Shown here one piece after another: positions 31,261 to 40,657 of a stretch of DNA of 64,000 nt (position 1 is the stretch's first letter; each line of letters begins with the position of its first letter). Made by a program: the position numbers and the translations under genes. The DNA comes from an uncultured Chthonomonadaceae bacterium (lineage in GTDB: Bacteria > Armatimonadota > Chthonomonadetes > Chthonomonadales > CAJBBX01). Under the pieces are notes generated by a model that was given only the letters and a program-made list of their open reading frames with translations, was not told where the DNA came from and did not search any database. The stretch lies in the NCBI GenBank assembly GCA_964396385.1, contig CAYNFH010000001.1, positions 51,123 to 115,122 of the forward strand. The letters are read 5' to 3'.

Positions 31261-31527
31261 ATGTGGAGACAGCCGGATAACGATCAGTTTGTGGAGGAAC
31301 TGTACCTGGCGGGCGAGTCTGTAGCAGAGGGCGCGTACCGCGAGATCGGCAGCCTTCGCGAGGTCCACGTAGACGAAGGAGAGATGCTGCCGGGCAGCCT
31401 GGACGGCCGAGTTGCTTGCTATATACGCCTGCGAACGTGGCACGAGGTGACTCGGTCCGAGGAGCACAGGAGCCGTCTTCCTCCTGAGAACGGCGCTGAT
31501 AGAACAGGCACAAGGAAGCCGAAGTGA
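31261..31527 (+). CDS. Hypothetical small protein directly downstream of the ECF sigma gene
   Basis: MWRQPDNDQFVEELYLAGESVAEGAYREIGSLREVHVDEGEMLPGSLDGRVACYIRL.... No zf-HC2 motif and no TM segment. Coding status is uncertain. Confidence 0.35.
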   Translation: MWRQPDNDQFVEELYLAGESVAEGAYREIGSLREVHVDEGEMLPGSLDGRVACYIRLRTWHEVTRSEEHRSRLPPENGADRTGTRKPK

Positions 31528-31570
31528 TATCGCGTTCTAGCAAGCCCCAGGCTCGCATCCGCATACGGCA

Positions 31571-31593
31571 AATTGTATCCGCGAATGTGTCTG
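31571..31593 (+). promoter_or_regulatory. Second copy of the 23-nt motif AATTGTATCCgCGAATGTgTCTG, upstream of the small-ORF/RND operon
   Basis: 21/23 identical to 29927-29949. An AT-rich GATATA follows 18 nt after TTGTAT. Confidence 0.4.
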
Positions 31594-31720
31594 CCCGATA
31601 TACCCCGGCTGCGCAAGCCCCTGGCTGGACTGAGGCAGCAAATGGCCGGGCCTGGCGTCTCCCACCTCACGTGGAGGGCCGCACGTGACGCCTTGCGCGC
31701 GCCACTGAACAGAGGGACTG

Positions 31721-32008
31721 ATGCTCGAGCAACATGATGATGAGCAGCCCGTACCGCTGCGGGCCGGCTGTAGTGCATTTCGATACGTTATCCGCGTGCA
31801 GGGCCACCTGGACCCGGCGTGGTCCGAGTGGCTGGAGGGACTGAAGATCACGCACGAGGAAGGCGGCGCGAGCTGTCTTGACGGCCCGGTCGTGGATCAG
31901 GCGGCCCTTCATGGGCTGCTGAACAAGCTGCGCGACATGTCGCTCGCCGTACTCTCGGTGCAGCGGCTTGAGGACATAGAGGGAAGGGCGGAAAGACCAT
32001 GCGGATAG
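31721..32008 (+). CDS. Small conserved hypothetical protein (95 aa)
   Basis: ...RVQGHLDPAWSEWLEGLKI...LDGPVVDQAALHGLLNKLRDMSLAVLSVQRL resembles a recurrent uncharacterised small-protein family. Its 3' end overlaps the RND gene start by 10 nt. Confidence 0.5.
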   Translation: MLEQHDDEQPVPLRAGCSAFRYVIRVQGHLDPAWSEWLEGLKITHEEGGASCLDGPVVDQAALHGLLNKLRDMSLAVLSVQRLEDIEGRAERPCG

Positions 32009-35000
32009 TGCGTCTGGCGTTGAAGCGTCCGCGGACCATCGCGGTCATGGCGATTCTCATCGCTCTCCTGGGCGTGTTGAGCATCGCTCGGACTCCCACG
32101 GACATCCTCCCCTCCGTTCAGATACCGGTGGTGTACGTCATCTGGCAGTACGCCGGCCTCTCTCCGGAGGAGATGGAGGGCCGCGTAGTGCGTGTCAGCG
32201 AGGCCGTCATCACCACTTCGGTGTCCAATGTCGAGCACGTCGAGTCCCAGTCGCTGCCCGGCATCGGCATCGAGAAGGTCTACTTCCAGCCGGGAGTGCA
32301 GGTCAGCCAGGCCGTAGCGCAGCTCTCCTCCATCATGCAGACCATCCTCCGCACCATGCCGGCGGGAATGACGCCGCCGCTCATCCAGCAGTACGACGCA
32401 TCGGACGTGCCGATAATCCAGCTTGCCCTTAGCAGCGATAAGCTGCCAGCCAGCCAGCTCTACGACCTGGCCCTGATCCACGTCATCTTCCCGCTGGTCA
32501 CCATTAACGGCGCCCACCTTTCGCTGCCGTTCGGCGGCTCGTCTCGGCTCATCAACGTCGACCTCGACACCCATGCCATGACCGCCGAAGGCGTAACCGC
32601 TCAGGACGTGGCGACCGCCGTCGGGGCGCAGAACCTCGTTCTGCCGGCGGGCACGGCCAAGATGGGCGCCCGCGAATACATGGTCCTCCTGAACAACAGC
32701 CCATCCGCGGTACAGGCCTTCAATGACCTGCCCGTCAAGACCGCGAATGGAGCCACCGTTTTCCTGAGGGACGTGGCGCACGTCCGCGACGGATACGACG
32801 TCCAGAAGAGCGTCGTCCGCGTGGACGGCAAGCCCTCCGTGCTTATGACGATCCTTAAGGGAGGCAACGCCTCCACCATAACCGTAGTGGACGAGGTCAA
32901 GGCCCGGCTGCCGATGATCCGCCAGACTCTGCCGCCGGAGGTTAAGCTGGACCTGCTCCAGGATCAGTCCGTCTTCGTGCGCGCCTCCGTCAACGGCGTG
33001 GTCCGGGAGGCCTTGCTTGCGGCGGCGCTGACAGGGCTGATGGTCCTGCTCTTCCTGGGAAGCTGGCGCAGCACCCTCGTGGTGGTGGTGTCCATCCCGC
33101 TCTCCATCTTGACGTCCCTCATCATCCTGTCGGCGCTGGGCCAGACCATCAACACGCTCACCCTCGGGGGATTGGCGCTGGCGGTCGGCATGCTGGTAGA
33201 CGATGCCACCGTGGAGGTGGAGAACACTACGCGGAACCTCCAGGAGGGGCTGCCGCTGCGCCGGGCAATCCTCTCCAGCGCGCAGCAGGTCGCTCTGCCC
33301 ACGCTGGCCGCCACGCTCTCCATCTGCATCGTTTTCGTGCCCGTGATGCTGCTCACGGGAGTGGGCAAGTCGCTCTTCGAGCCGATGGCCATGGCGGTGG
33401 TGTTCGCGATGCTGCCCTCCTACCTGCTCTCGCGCACACTGGTCACCAACATGATGCTGCACCTGCTCGGCCCGGCTCTGGACCTCTACCAGACCGAAGG
33501 GGATTCCCCCTCCAAGCGCAACCTGCTGTGGCGGATCCATGAGCGGTTTGAGCACGGGTTCGAGGCGATACGGGAGAGGTATCGCGGCATCCTGGAGTGG
33601 ACATTGGGGCACCGTGCCATCGCGGGCGGCGCGCTATCGCTCTTCTTCGCCGCTTCGCTTCTTCTGCTCCCACGCGTCGGTATGGATTTCTTCCCGGCCG
33701 TAGATGCAGGGGCGATGCGGTTGCACGTCCGCGTACCACTCGGCACGCGCATCGAGGAAACCTCGCGGCGCTTCTCGGAGATCGAAGCTACTATCCGCCA
33801 GGTGGTGCCTAAGCGCGAGACTGCGCTGATCCTGGACAACATCGGCCTGGCTGGCTGGCAGACCTATACCGCGGGCAATAGCGGCACCATTGGCTCCTCC
33901 GACGGGGAGATAGACATCAGCCTGAAGCCGGAGCACCATCCGACCGACGGGTACGCGAGGACGCTGCGCCGAACGCTGGCCCAGCGGTATCCGGACTGCG
34001 ACTTCTACTTCCAGCCGGCGGACATCGAAACGCAGGTGCTGAACTTCGGCGCCTCCGCGCCCATCGACGTCCAGGTGATCGGCCCCTACTTCAATAAGGC
34101 GAAGAACTACGCGCTCGCTCAGCAGGTGCAGCGGAAGATGGCGCAAGTACCCGGCGTGGTGGATAGTTACATCTTCCAGGAGCCGGATGCGCCGGCGTTG
34201 CGCCTGGACGTGGACCGGACGCGCGCCGCCCAGCTAGGTCTGACGCAGCAGCAGGTGGCTAACAACCTGCTGGTCTCACTCTCTTCCAACTCCCAGGTCT
34301 CGCCCGGGTTCTTTCTCAACTACCAGAATGGGGTGCAGTACAACGTTCAGGTCCAGACGCCCCAGTACGGGATCGACTCCATGGACGCGTTGCTGGCGAC
34401 TCCCGTGGCCACGACCACGGCAACGCAGGGAGGATCCACGCCGGAGCTGCTGTCCAACCTGGTGAGGACGGGCCGGACGACCACTTCGGCGAACATCACG
34501 CACATCAACACCCAGCCCGCCTTCGAAGTGTTCGCCAGCGTGGAGAACCGCGATCTGGGCGGCGCGGCGGCAGACATCGGCCGCATAGTCGGGTGGGCGA
34601 ACAAGAACGTGCCGCGCGGCAGCTACGTCGCGATGAGCGGACAGGTACGGACGATGATGAGCTCCTTCCTCCAGATGGGGTTGGGCCTGATCTTCGCCAT
34701 CGTGCTGATCTACTTGCTGCTCACCGTCAACTTCGAGTCATGGGTGGACCCCTTCATCATCCTGATGGTCTCTCCCGGCGTGCTCTCCGGCGTCGCGTGG
34801 ATGCTATACGTTACCCAGACCACCTTGAACGTGCCTTCGCTGATGGGAACCATCATGGCCATCGGCGTCGGCACCGCCAACAGCATCCTCCTCGTGACCT
34901 TTGCCAACGACGAGCGGTTGGAGGGCAAGAGCGCGATGCAGGCGTCGCTCTCCGCCGGCTATACGCGCTTCCGCCCGGTGATCATGACCGCGCTGGCTAT

Positions 35001-35241
35001 GATCCTGGGCATGCTCCCGATGTCGCTGGGCATGGGCGAAGGCGGCGAGCAGAACGCCCCGCTGGGACGCGCCGTGATCGGCGGCCTAATTGTCGCCACC
35101 CTAACAAACCTTATCCTGGTACCCGTGATGTACAGCCTATTGCGTCGCCGCGAGATCCAGGTTCCGGAGGAGGACGACGATGTCCCCATCCAATCCATTA
35201 CGGTCAAGTCCGCCGACGGGGCCGCGAGCCTCCAGGCGTAG
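31999..35241 (+). CDS. RND efflux transporter permease (AcrB/CzcA superfamily)
   Basis: 1080 aa. MRIVRLALKRPRTIAVMAILIALLG..., 12-TM layout with two large periplasmic loops, and a typical ...LGGLALAVGMLVDDATV... motif. Confidence 0.9.
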   Translation: MRIVRLALKRPRTIAVMAILIALLGVLSIARTPTDILPSVQIPVVYVIWQYAGLSPEEMEGRVVRVSEAVITTSVSNVEHVESQSLPGIGIEKVYFQPGVQVSQAVAQLSSIMQTILRTMPAGMTPPLIQQYDASDVPIIQLALSSDKLPASQLYDLALIHVIFPLVTINGAHLSLPFGGSSRLINVDLDTHAMTAEGVTAQDVATAVGAQNLVLPAGTAKMGAREYMVLLNNSPSAVQAFNDLPVKTANGATVFLRDVAHVRDGYDVQKSVVRVDGKPSVLMTILKGGNASTITVVDEVKARLPMIRQTLPPEVKLDLLQDQSVFVRASVNGVVREALLAAALTGLMVLLFLGSWRSTLVVVVSIPLSILTSLIILSALGQTINTLTLGGLALAVGMLVDDATVEVENTTRNLQEGLPLRRAILSSAQQVALPTLAATLSICIVFVPVMLLTGVGKSLFEPMAMAVVFAMLPSYLLSRTLVTNMMLHLLGPALDLYQTEGDSPSKRNLLWRIHERFEHGFEAIRERYRGILEWTLGHRAIAGGALSLFFAASLLLLPRVGMDFFPAVDAGAMRLHVRVPLGTRIEETSRRFSEIEATIRQVVPKRETALILDNIGLAGWQTYTAGNSGTIGSSDGEIDISLKPEHHPTDGYARTLRRTLAQRYPDCDFYFQPADIETQVLNFGASAPIDVQVIGPYFNKAKNYALAQQVQRKMAQVPGVVDSYIFQEPDAPALRLDVDRTRAAQLGLTQQQVANNLLVSLSSNSQVSPGFFLNYQNGVQYNVQVQTPQYGIDSMDALLATPVATTTATQGGSTPELLSNLVRTGRTTTSANITHINTQPAFEVFASVENRDLGGAAADIGRIVGWANKNVPRGSYVAMSGQVRTMMSSFLQMGLGLIFAIVLIYLLLTVNFESWVDPFIILMVSPGVLSGVAWMLYVTQTTLNVPSLMGTIMAIGVGTANSILLVTFANDERLEGKSAMQASLSAGYTRFRPVIMTALAMILGMLPMSLGMGEGGEQNAPLGRAVIGGLIVATLTNLILVPVMYSLLRRREIQVPEEDDDVPIQSITVKSADGAASLQA

Positions 35242-35253
35242 GAAAGGAAACCC

Positions 35254-36984
35254 ATGAGCACGGAATCGCAATCCCGGAGTGAACCGACGCCTCCTGGCGC
35301 GCCGCATAGCCGAAACCTGCGCCGGTTCGTTCTTGGGGCCATCGCCCTGGTAGCCGTTGGCGTCCTGTACGTCGCCGGCGCGCTTCCGCGAGCTCAGCGG
35401 CAGGCAGCGCTCGCCCAGGATGTCCGGGAGGTCAAGACCGCGGTCCCGGAAGTCACGGTCGTAACCCCGCGCCTGGAAAGCGATAGCGGGCTCAGCCTCC
35501 CCGGCAACATCCAGGCGATCCGTGAGTCCGCGATCAACTCACGGACCACCGGCTACTTGCGGCGTCTCTACGTGGACATCGGCTCGCGGGTGAAAGCCGG
35601 ACAGGTCCTGGCGGAGATCGAATCGCCGGACGTGGACCAGCAGGTCTACCAGGCGCTCGCACAGACTGCTCAGTCCCGGGCAACGGTGGGGCAGTCCCGC
35701 GCCACCGTTGCTCAGCAGCGCGCCAACGTGGCGCAGACGCAGTCCGATGTTGCCAAGCAGCGCGCGACCGTCGAGCAGGCGCGGGCGCAGCTCGCCGCCA
35801 GCAGGTCCACGCTGGCGCAGCAGCAGGCCGCGCTGGGAGCGACAGAGGCGCAGCTTGCGCACTCGCGCCAGCAAGTAGAGGTGCAGAGGAGCAACGTACA
35901 GCAGGCGCAGGCGCAGCTTGAGCTGGCAACGGTCTCCAATCAGCGCTATCAGACGCTGTTGAAGCAGGGTTTTGCCGCCGCGCAGGATGCGGATCAGGCG
36001 GCGGCGACGCTCAAGACGGCCACGGCCACTGTCGCCTCGGCGCAGGCATCGCTCCAGTCGGCGGAAGCGGACGTTGACTCGGCGGCGCAAAACGTGGAGG
36101 CGGGCAAAGCGCTTGTCTCAAGTGCCCAGGCCAACGTGCAGGCCTCCCAGAAGAACGTTCAGGCAACGGTCGCGGCGCTCGCGTCCAGTGAAGCCTCGGT
36201 GCGGGCGGCGGAGGCGAGCGTGCACGCCAGCCAGGCGAACGTGCAGGCAAGCCAGGCCACGGTGGCCTCTAACGTCGCGAACGCGCGCCACTACTCCGTG
36301 ATGCGCTCCTTCGAGAACGTAGTGGCCCCCTATGACGGGGTAATTACCGCCCGCAACGTGGACGTGGGCTCCCTCATCAACGCCGGCGGCAGCGGCGGCA
36401 ACAACGCCGTCACCAGCGCTATCCCGAGCACGGCCATGCTGGGAATCGCCCGCACGGATGAGGTGCGGATCCAGGTCAGCGTCCCGCAGACCTACGTTCC
36501 CGCCGTCCGCGCCGGGGCCACGGCCCGGGTCGTGGTGCGCGAGCTGCCGGGCCGCGCTTTCTCCGGGACCGTTGCCCTGCGTGCGGGCGCGCTCGATCCA
36601 TCCACCCGCACGGAGCTGGTGGAGGTCCACCTCCCCAATCGAAACGGCGTCCTGATGCCGGGTATGTACGCGGACGTGCGGCTGATACCTGCCCACGCTC
36701 CGGCGGAGCTGCGGATCCCCGGCTCGGCGCTGGTGATCGATGCGCAGGGGACTCGCGTCGCGAGCGTGGGGCCGGAGGGGAAGATCCACTACGTCACCGT
36801 CCAGCTCGGACGGGATTTCGGAACGGAAGTGGAGGTCCGCGGCGGGCTGAGCGGGGGCGAGAAGCTGGTCGACAATCCGCCGTCCACGCTGGCGGAAGGC
36901 GACGCGGTGAAGGTGGTAATCCCACGGCGCCGGTCCAGGCAGGCAGCTACCGCCGGACCTCCCGGCCGCAGACCCGGGTTTTAA
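35254..36984 (+). CDS. RND efflux periplasmic adaptor (MFP/HlyD family) with a greatly extended coiled-coil hairpin
   Basis: N-terminal TM anchor. Lipoyl/beta-barrel motifs (...GYLRRLYVDIGSRVKAGQVLAEIESPD... and ...APYDGVITARNVDVGSL...) flank ~220 aa of Q/A/S/V-rich heptad-like sequence. Confidence 0.85.
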   Translation: MSTESQSRSEPTPPGAPHSRNLRRFVLGAIALVAVGVLYVAGALPRAQRQAALAQDVREVKTAVPEVTVVTPRLESDSGLSLPGNIQAIRESAINSRTTGYLRRLYVDIGSRVKAGQVLAEIESPDVDQQVYQALAQTAQSRATVGQSRATVAQQRANVAQTQSDVAKQRATVEQARAQLAASRSTLAQQQAALGATEAQLAHSRQQVEVQRSNVQQAQAQLELATVSNQRYQTLLKQGFAAAQDADQAAATLKTATATVASAQASLQSAEADVDSAAQNVEAGKALVSSAQANVQASQKNVQATVAALASSEASVRAAEASVHASQANVQASQATVASNVANARHYSVMRSFENVVAPYDGVITARNVDVGSLINAGGSGGNNAVTSAIPSTAMLGIARTDEVRIQVSVPQTYVPAVRAGATARVVVRELPGRAFSGTVALRAGALDPSTRTELVEVHLPNRNGVLMPGMYADVRLIPAHAPAELRIPGSALVIDAQGTRVASVGPEGKIHYVTVQLGRDFGTEVEVRGGLSGGEKLVDNPPSTLAEGDAVKVVIPRRRSRQAATAGPPGRRPGF

Positions 36985-36999
36985 GGGAGGCGAGATTCC

Positions 37000-38448
37000 A
37001 TGAGCTACTGCAATCGATATCACTACTCTCCAGCGCCGGACGCCGGCCTAGCTCTTCTGGCGGCGATCTCGTACCTGCTGATGGGGGGCCCGGGCGCGGA
37101 AGCGCAGGCCCCGCCGCAGCCGCCCGGGCGGGCCTCGCCCCCCGCGCCGCAGGTGGTGAACACGCCCGCCCCGCCGCCGGTCGCTCTGCCGGCTCCGCCG
37201 CCGGGGCAACTTGTCGCGCCGGCTCCGCCCGATGCCGCCAACCGGCCGCTAACGGCGACCGAGGCAGCGCAGATCGCGCTGACGCGGCAGCCCACTATCC
37301 TGGCGGCCACGGGCCAGCTCATGGCAGCCCAGGGCATCACTAAGCAGGAGCGCTCGGGTCTGCTCCCGGCCGTCGGCGTAACCGCCGGCTATACGCGCAC
37401 GCAGCTTCTGCAAGGCCGGATCCAGACCGTAGGCGATGGCTTCGTGACGGACGCGACCCTGACCCAACTCATATACGACTTCAACCACACCCGGGAGCTT
37501 GTACGGGCTGCCCAGGCCAACGAGCGTGCCTCGGCACAGAGCCTCTCGGCTACCCAGGCGAATGTGGTGCAGCAGGTCAAGCAGGCGTTCTACCAATTCG
37601 TCCAATCGCGCCAACTCGTCTTGGTCAACGAACAGAACCTGGCCAACCGCCAGTCCCAGCTCGCCCTGGCGAACGCGCGGTACCAGGTGGGATTGGGGCT
37701 GCCTTCCGACGTGGCGAATGCCCAGACGGCGGTTTCAGAAACGGTCCAGAGCCTGGCGACGGCGCAAAACAACGCCGCTATCGATCGCGTGAACCTCGCC
37801 CAGCTCATGGGCATCGATCCGCGCACGCCCATCGAGCCTGCGGAGGGCGGCGAGCCGCCGCTGGCATCCGACGACGTAAACGGCTTCGTTCAGGCAGCGC
37901 TGAGGCGGCGCCCTGAGATCGCGGGAGCGCAGGCCACTCTGGAGGCCGGTCAGCACGCCGTAAGCGCGGCCCGGACGTTCAACGCGCCCGCCTTCCGAGC
38001 CAACCTCGGCTTCAACGCGGACGGTCCGCAGTACTTTCCGCAGAACCAGTCGTTCGCGGTGGGAGCGACCTTACAGTTCGACCCCTTTGACGGAGGCTTA
38101 ACCGCCGGCAAGGTGAGGACGGCCCGCGGCAACCTTGAGACAGCGCGGGCGCAGCTCCAGAACGAGCAGCTCACCGTGGGCTCTGAGGTAACACAGGCCT
38201 ACCTGGACGTCCGCTCGGCCGAGCAGCGGGTGGCCGCCGCAGGCACGGAGGTGATCAACGCACGGGAAGGAGTCCGTATCGCCACGGGCCGCTATCAGGC
38301 GGGACTGGGGCAGTTTCAGGATGTCCTCACCGCCCAGCTAGCCCTGTTTACGGCCCTGAGCGACCAGGTGAATGCTCGGGCGGCGCTGGAGACATCGCTC
38401 GTAGCGTTTAGCCGCGCCATTGGCTCCCCGGCCCAGGGAGCGCACTGA
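37000..38448 (+). CDS. TolC-family outer membrane efflux protein
   Basis: Two repeats of the OEP pattern (...LTATEAAQIALTRQP...A...LLPAVGVTAGYTR...). A proline-rich linker follows the signal sequence. Confidence 0.85.
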   Translation: MSYCNRYHYSPAPDAGLALLAAISYLLMGGPGAEAQAPPQPPGRASPPAPQVVNTPAPPPVALPAPPPGQLVAPAPPDAANRPLTATEAAQIALTRQPTILAATGQLMAAQGITKQERSGLLPAVGVTAGYTRTQLLQGRIQTVGDGFVTDATLTQLIYDFNHTRELVRAAQANERASAQSLSATQANVVQQVKQAFYQFVQSRQLVLVNEQNLANRQSQLALANARYQVGLGLPSDVANAQTAVSETVQSLATAQNNAAIDRVNLAQLMGIDPRTPIEPAEGGEPPLASDDVNGFVQAALRRRPEIAGAQATLEAGQHAVSAARTFNAPAFRANLGFNADGPQYFPQNQSFAVGATLQFDPFDGGLTAGKVRTARGNLETARAQLQNEQLTVGSEVTQAYLDVRSAEQRVAAAGTEVINAREGVRIATGRYQAGLGQFQDVLTAQLALFTALSDQVNARAALETSLVAFSRAIGSPAQGAH

Positions 38449-38672
38449 GGCTGGCGGCCTGTCATACCGCGTTCGGAATCAACCGTGAATCCATCTCCGA
38501 GACACATCCGATCCAATCCCTCCAGGGCTGCACGTCCCGCGGAGTTCGATCCGGACAAACTAGTCGCTGCGCGCCAGACGGTGGCTTCGCCGTGGGAGCT
38601 ACACGAGCGCATCGTTGCCGGAGAGTTCGCGCCCCAGACGTTCTTTGATCCGCGCGCGCACTGAAGCACTCC

Positions 38673-39956
38673 ATGGCAGACACCGTTTCGATAACCAGCG
38701 CCGGCGAGGCCCGGAACGGCGCGCAGCCAAGTGCGGCCTGGCTGGGGCCGCTGCGCGTGCTCCGGAACCGCGAGTTCGCTCTGCTCTGGAGCGGACAGGC
38801 GGTCTCCCAGACCGGCACGTGGATGCAGCAGTTTGCCCAGGGCTGGGTCGTCACCACACTGGCCATGTCGGCGCTTGCGCTGGCGTCGGTCAACTTCGCG
38901 GCGGCGATTCCTGCCGTCATCCTGTTGCCGTTTGGAGGGGTCGCGGCGGATCGGATGGAGCGGCGGCGCATCCTGCTCGTCACGCAGTGCGCGATGGCTC
39001 TGCTCGCCGTCCTGATGGGCGTGCTGGTCCTGGCAGGTCGTCTGCGCCTGTGCTATGTGTGGCTCATCGCCCTCCTGTTCGGCATAGCCACCGCCTACGA
39101 TACGCCGGCTTATCAGTCGTTCAATCCCCAGCTCGTTGAGCCGGAAGGCCTGTCCCAGGAGATCGCGCTCAACCAGGCGACCTTTTATGGATCTCGCATC
39201 ATTGGGCCGGCAATCGCCTCCTGGTTTGTGGCACGGTGGGGGATGGCGGCTGCCTTCTTCGCCAACGGCGCCAGCTTCCTCGCCGTCATCGGCAGCCTGC
39301 TGCTGATACGCCACAGGCGTCCCGCGACCGGCGGCAGGCAGGTAAACATAACGCGCTCGATGGCGGAAGGAGTGCAGTACGTCCGGGAGCGCCCACAGAT
39401 CATGGCGCTCCTGGGCCTCACCGCCGTCACCACTTCGTTCGTGTTCCCGAATGGGGCAGTTCTCATGCCATTCTACGCGAAGCACGTACTTCACGTGGGG
39501 CCGGGCGGCCTCGGCGCGATAATGGCGGCGTCAGGCGGCGGCGCGTTCCTGGGGTCCACTTATCTGCTTGCCCTCCCACGCGGGGCCCGTATCGGACGGA
39601 TCACGACCGCGCTCGTCGTGGCGGCGCTTTCGCTTTGCGTACTCTCCTGGTCTCGCCACCTGGCTCTGTCTGTCGCGATGGCGGGAATCCTGTCCTTCGG
39701 CATCTCCAGCTCGCTGGGGGTCGCCTCGATCATGGTTCAGGAGAGCGTGGTGGATGCGGTGCGAGGCCGCGTGATGAGCCTGTTCTCGCTTGCCTTCACG
39801 GGCGTGATGCCTTTCGCCGCTCTGGCCATCGCGCGGCTGGCCGACGTGATCGGGATGCGTCGCGAGCTTCAAATTGCCGCCGTCCTTTATGGAGCATGCG
39901 GCGCGCTCCTGCTGCCAATGCTCCGCAGAGCGGGCGACGGAAGAGCATCGCCATGA
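38673..39956 (+). CDS. MFS transporter (DHA3/EntS-like)
   Basis: ...LRNREFALLWSGQAVSQTGTWMQQFAQGWVV... and about 12 TM segments. Confidence 0.8.
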   Translation: MADTVSITSAGEARNGAQPSAAWLGPLRVLRNREFALLWSGQAVSQTGTWMQQFAQGWVVTTLAMSALALASVNFAAAIPAVILLPFGGVAADRMERRRILLVTQCAMALLAVLMGVLVLAGRLRLCYVWLIALLFGIATAYDTPAYQSFNPQLVEPEGLSQEIALNQATFYGSRIIGPAIASWFVARWGMAAAFFANGASFLAVIGSLLLIRHRRPATGGRQVNITRSMAEGVQYVRERPQIMALLGLTAVTTSFVFPNGAVLMPFYAKHVLHVGPGGLGAIMAASGGGAFLGSTYLLALPRGARIGRITTALVVAALSLCVLSWSRHLALSVAMAGILSFGISSSLGVASIMVQESVVDAVRGRVMSLFSLAFTGVMPFAALAIARLADVIGMRRELQIAAVLYGACGALLLPMLRRAGDGRASP

Positions 39957-39999
39957 CGAGCGGCCGCTTGCAATTTACAAATTGAGGAGGCGAATTCGA

Positions 40000-40608
40000 A
40001 TGACCACACATCCCAACTACCTGGAGATTCATGTCCACAGCGTGGACGGCCACATGGCCGCGTTCGTTCAGCAGGGCGCAGAGGCGGTCCAGAAGCTGAT
40101 CGCGCAGATGCAGCCCGGCCGCGTGTTCAGGCAGCCCTTCCTGGCAGTGGCGGGCCAAGGGTCGCTCAGTGTCTTCCCTGCTGCAACGGTGGTGCGGGTG
40201 GACCTGGTAATGCGCGGCTTCCCGGACTGGCCCTTTCACCTGGGCTTCCGCGACGCCATGGAGCTTTCCGAAGACGAGTTCCGGGAGCGCATCTCCCTCA
40301 ACGACTGTTCCCGCGAGCCCTTGAGGGGGCCTGCTCCCATCTACGCGGACATTGAGATGACCAATGGGGAGGGGCTCTACCTGCAGATGGAGGTAGATGA
40401 CCGCGACGAGCCCGTCATGCAGGTGGAGTTCGGGATGCTCATCGAGCGCTTCCTCTCTGCGTCCAGTCTTCACGCACGTCGCGTCGGCGGCGGCGCGCTC
40501 GTGATCAACCCGGCGCAAATCCTGCGCGTGCAGCTCCGCCCCGCTCCTCCGCATCCGCCGCTGAACGCCTGGAGCGCCGAACCGCTTGCCGATCTTATTG
40601 CAGCCTGA
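40000..40608 (+). CDS. Hypothetical protein (202 aa)
   Basis: GAGGAGG lies 10 nt upstream of ATG 40000. No family recognised. The track ORF start at 39874 overlaps the MFS gene. Confidence 0.5.
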   Translation: MTTHPNYLEIHVHSVDGHMAAFVQQGAEAVQKLIAQMQPGRVFRQPFLAVAGQGSLSVFPAATVVRVDLVMRGFPDWPFHLGFRDAMELSEDEFRERISLNDCSREPLRGPAPIYADIEMTNGEGLYLQMEVDDRDEPVMQVEFGMLIERFLSASSLHARRVGGGALVINPAQILRVQLRPAPPHPPLNAWSAEPLADLIAA

Positions 40609-40657
40609 TAATCGCGTCAGCATCCGTACTGGCGAGGGTAAGGCGCGCCCTCTTGCA

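Noticed and set aside
31909-33612. 567-aa ORF antisense to the RND permease gene
   Set aside because: It lies entirely opposite a gene with unmistakable RND sequence. Its translation is R/G/H/D-rich and low in complexity, typical of the open antisense frames that arise in high-GC DNA.
38485-38664. 59-aa GTG-initiated ORF after the TolC gene (…EFDPDKLVAARQTVASPWELHERIVAGEFAPQTFFDPRAH)
   Set aside because: It is short, no family was recognised and no clear RBS was found. It may be a remnant, and there is not enough evidence to annotate it.
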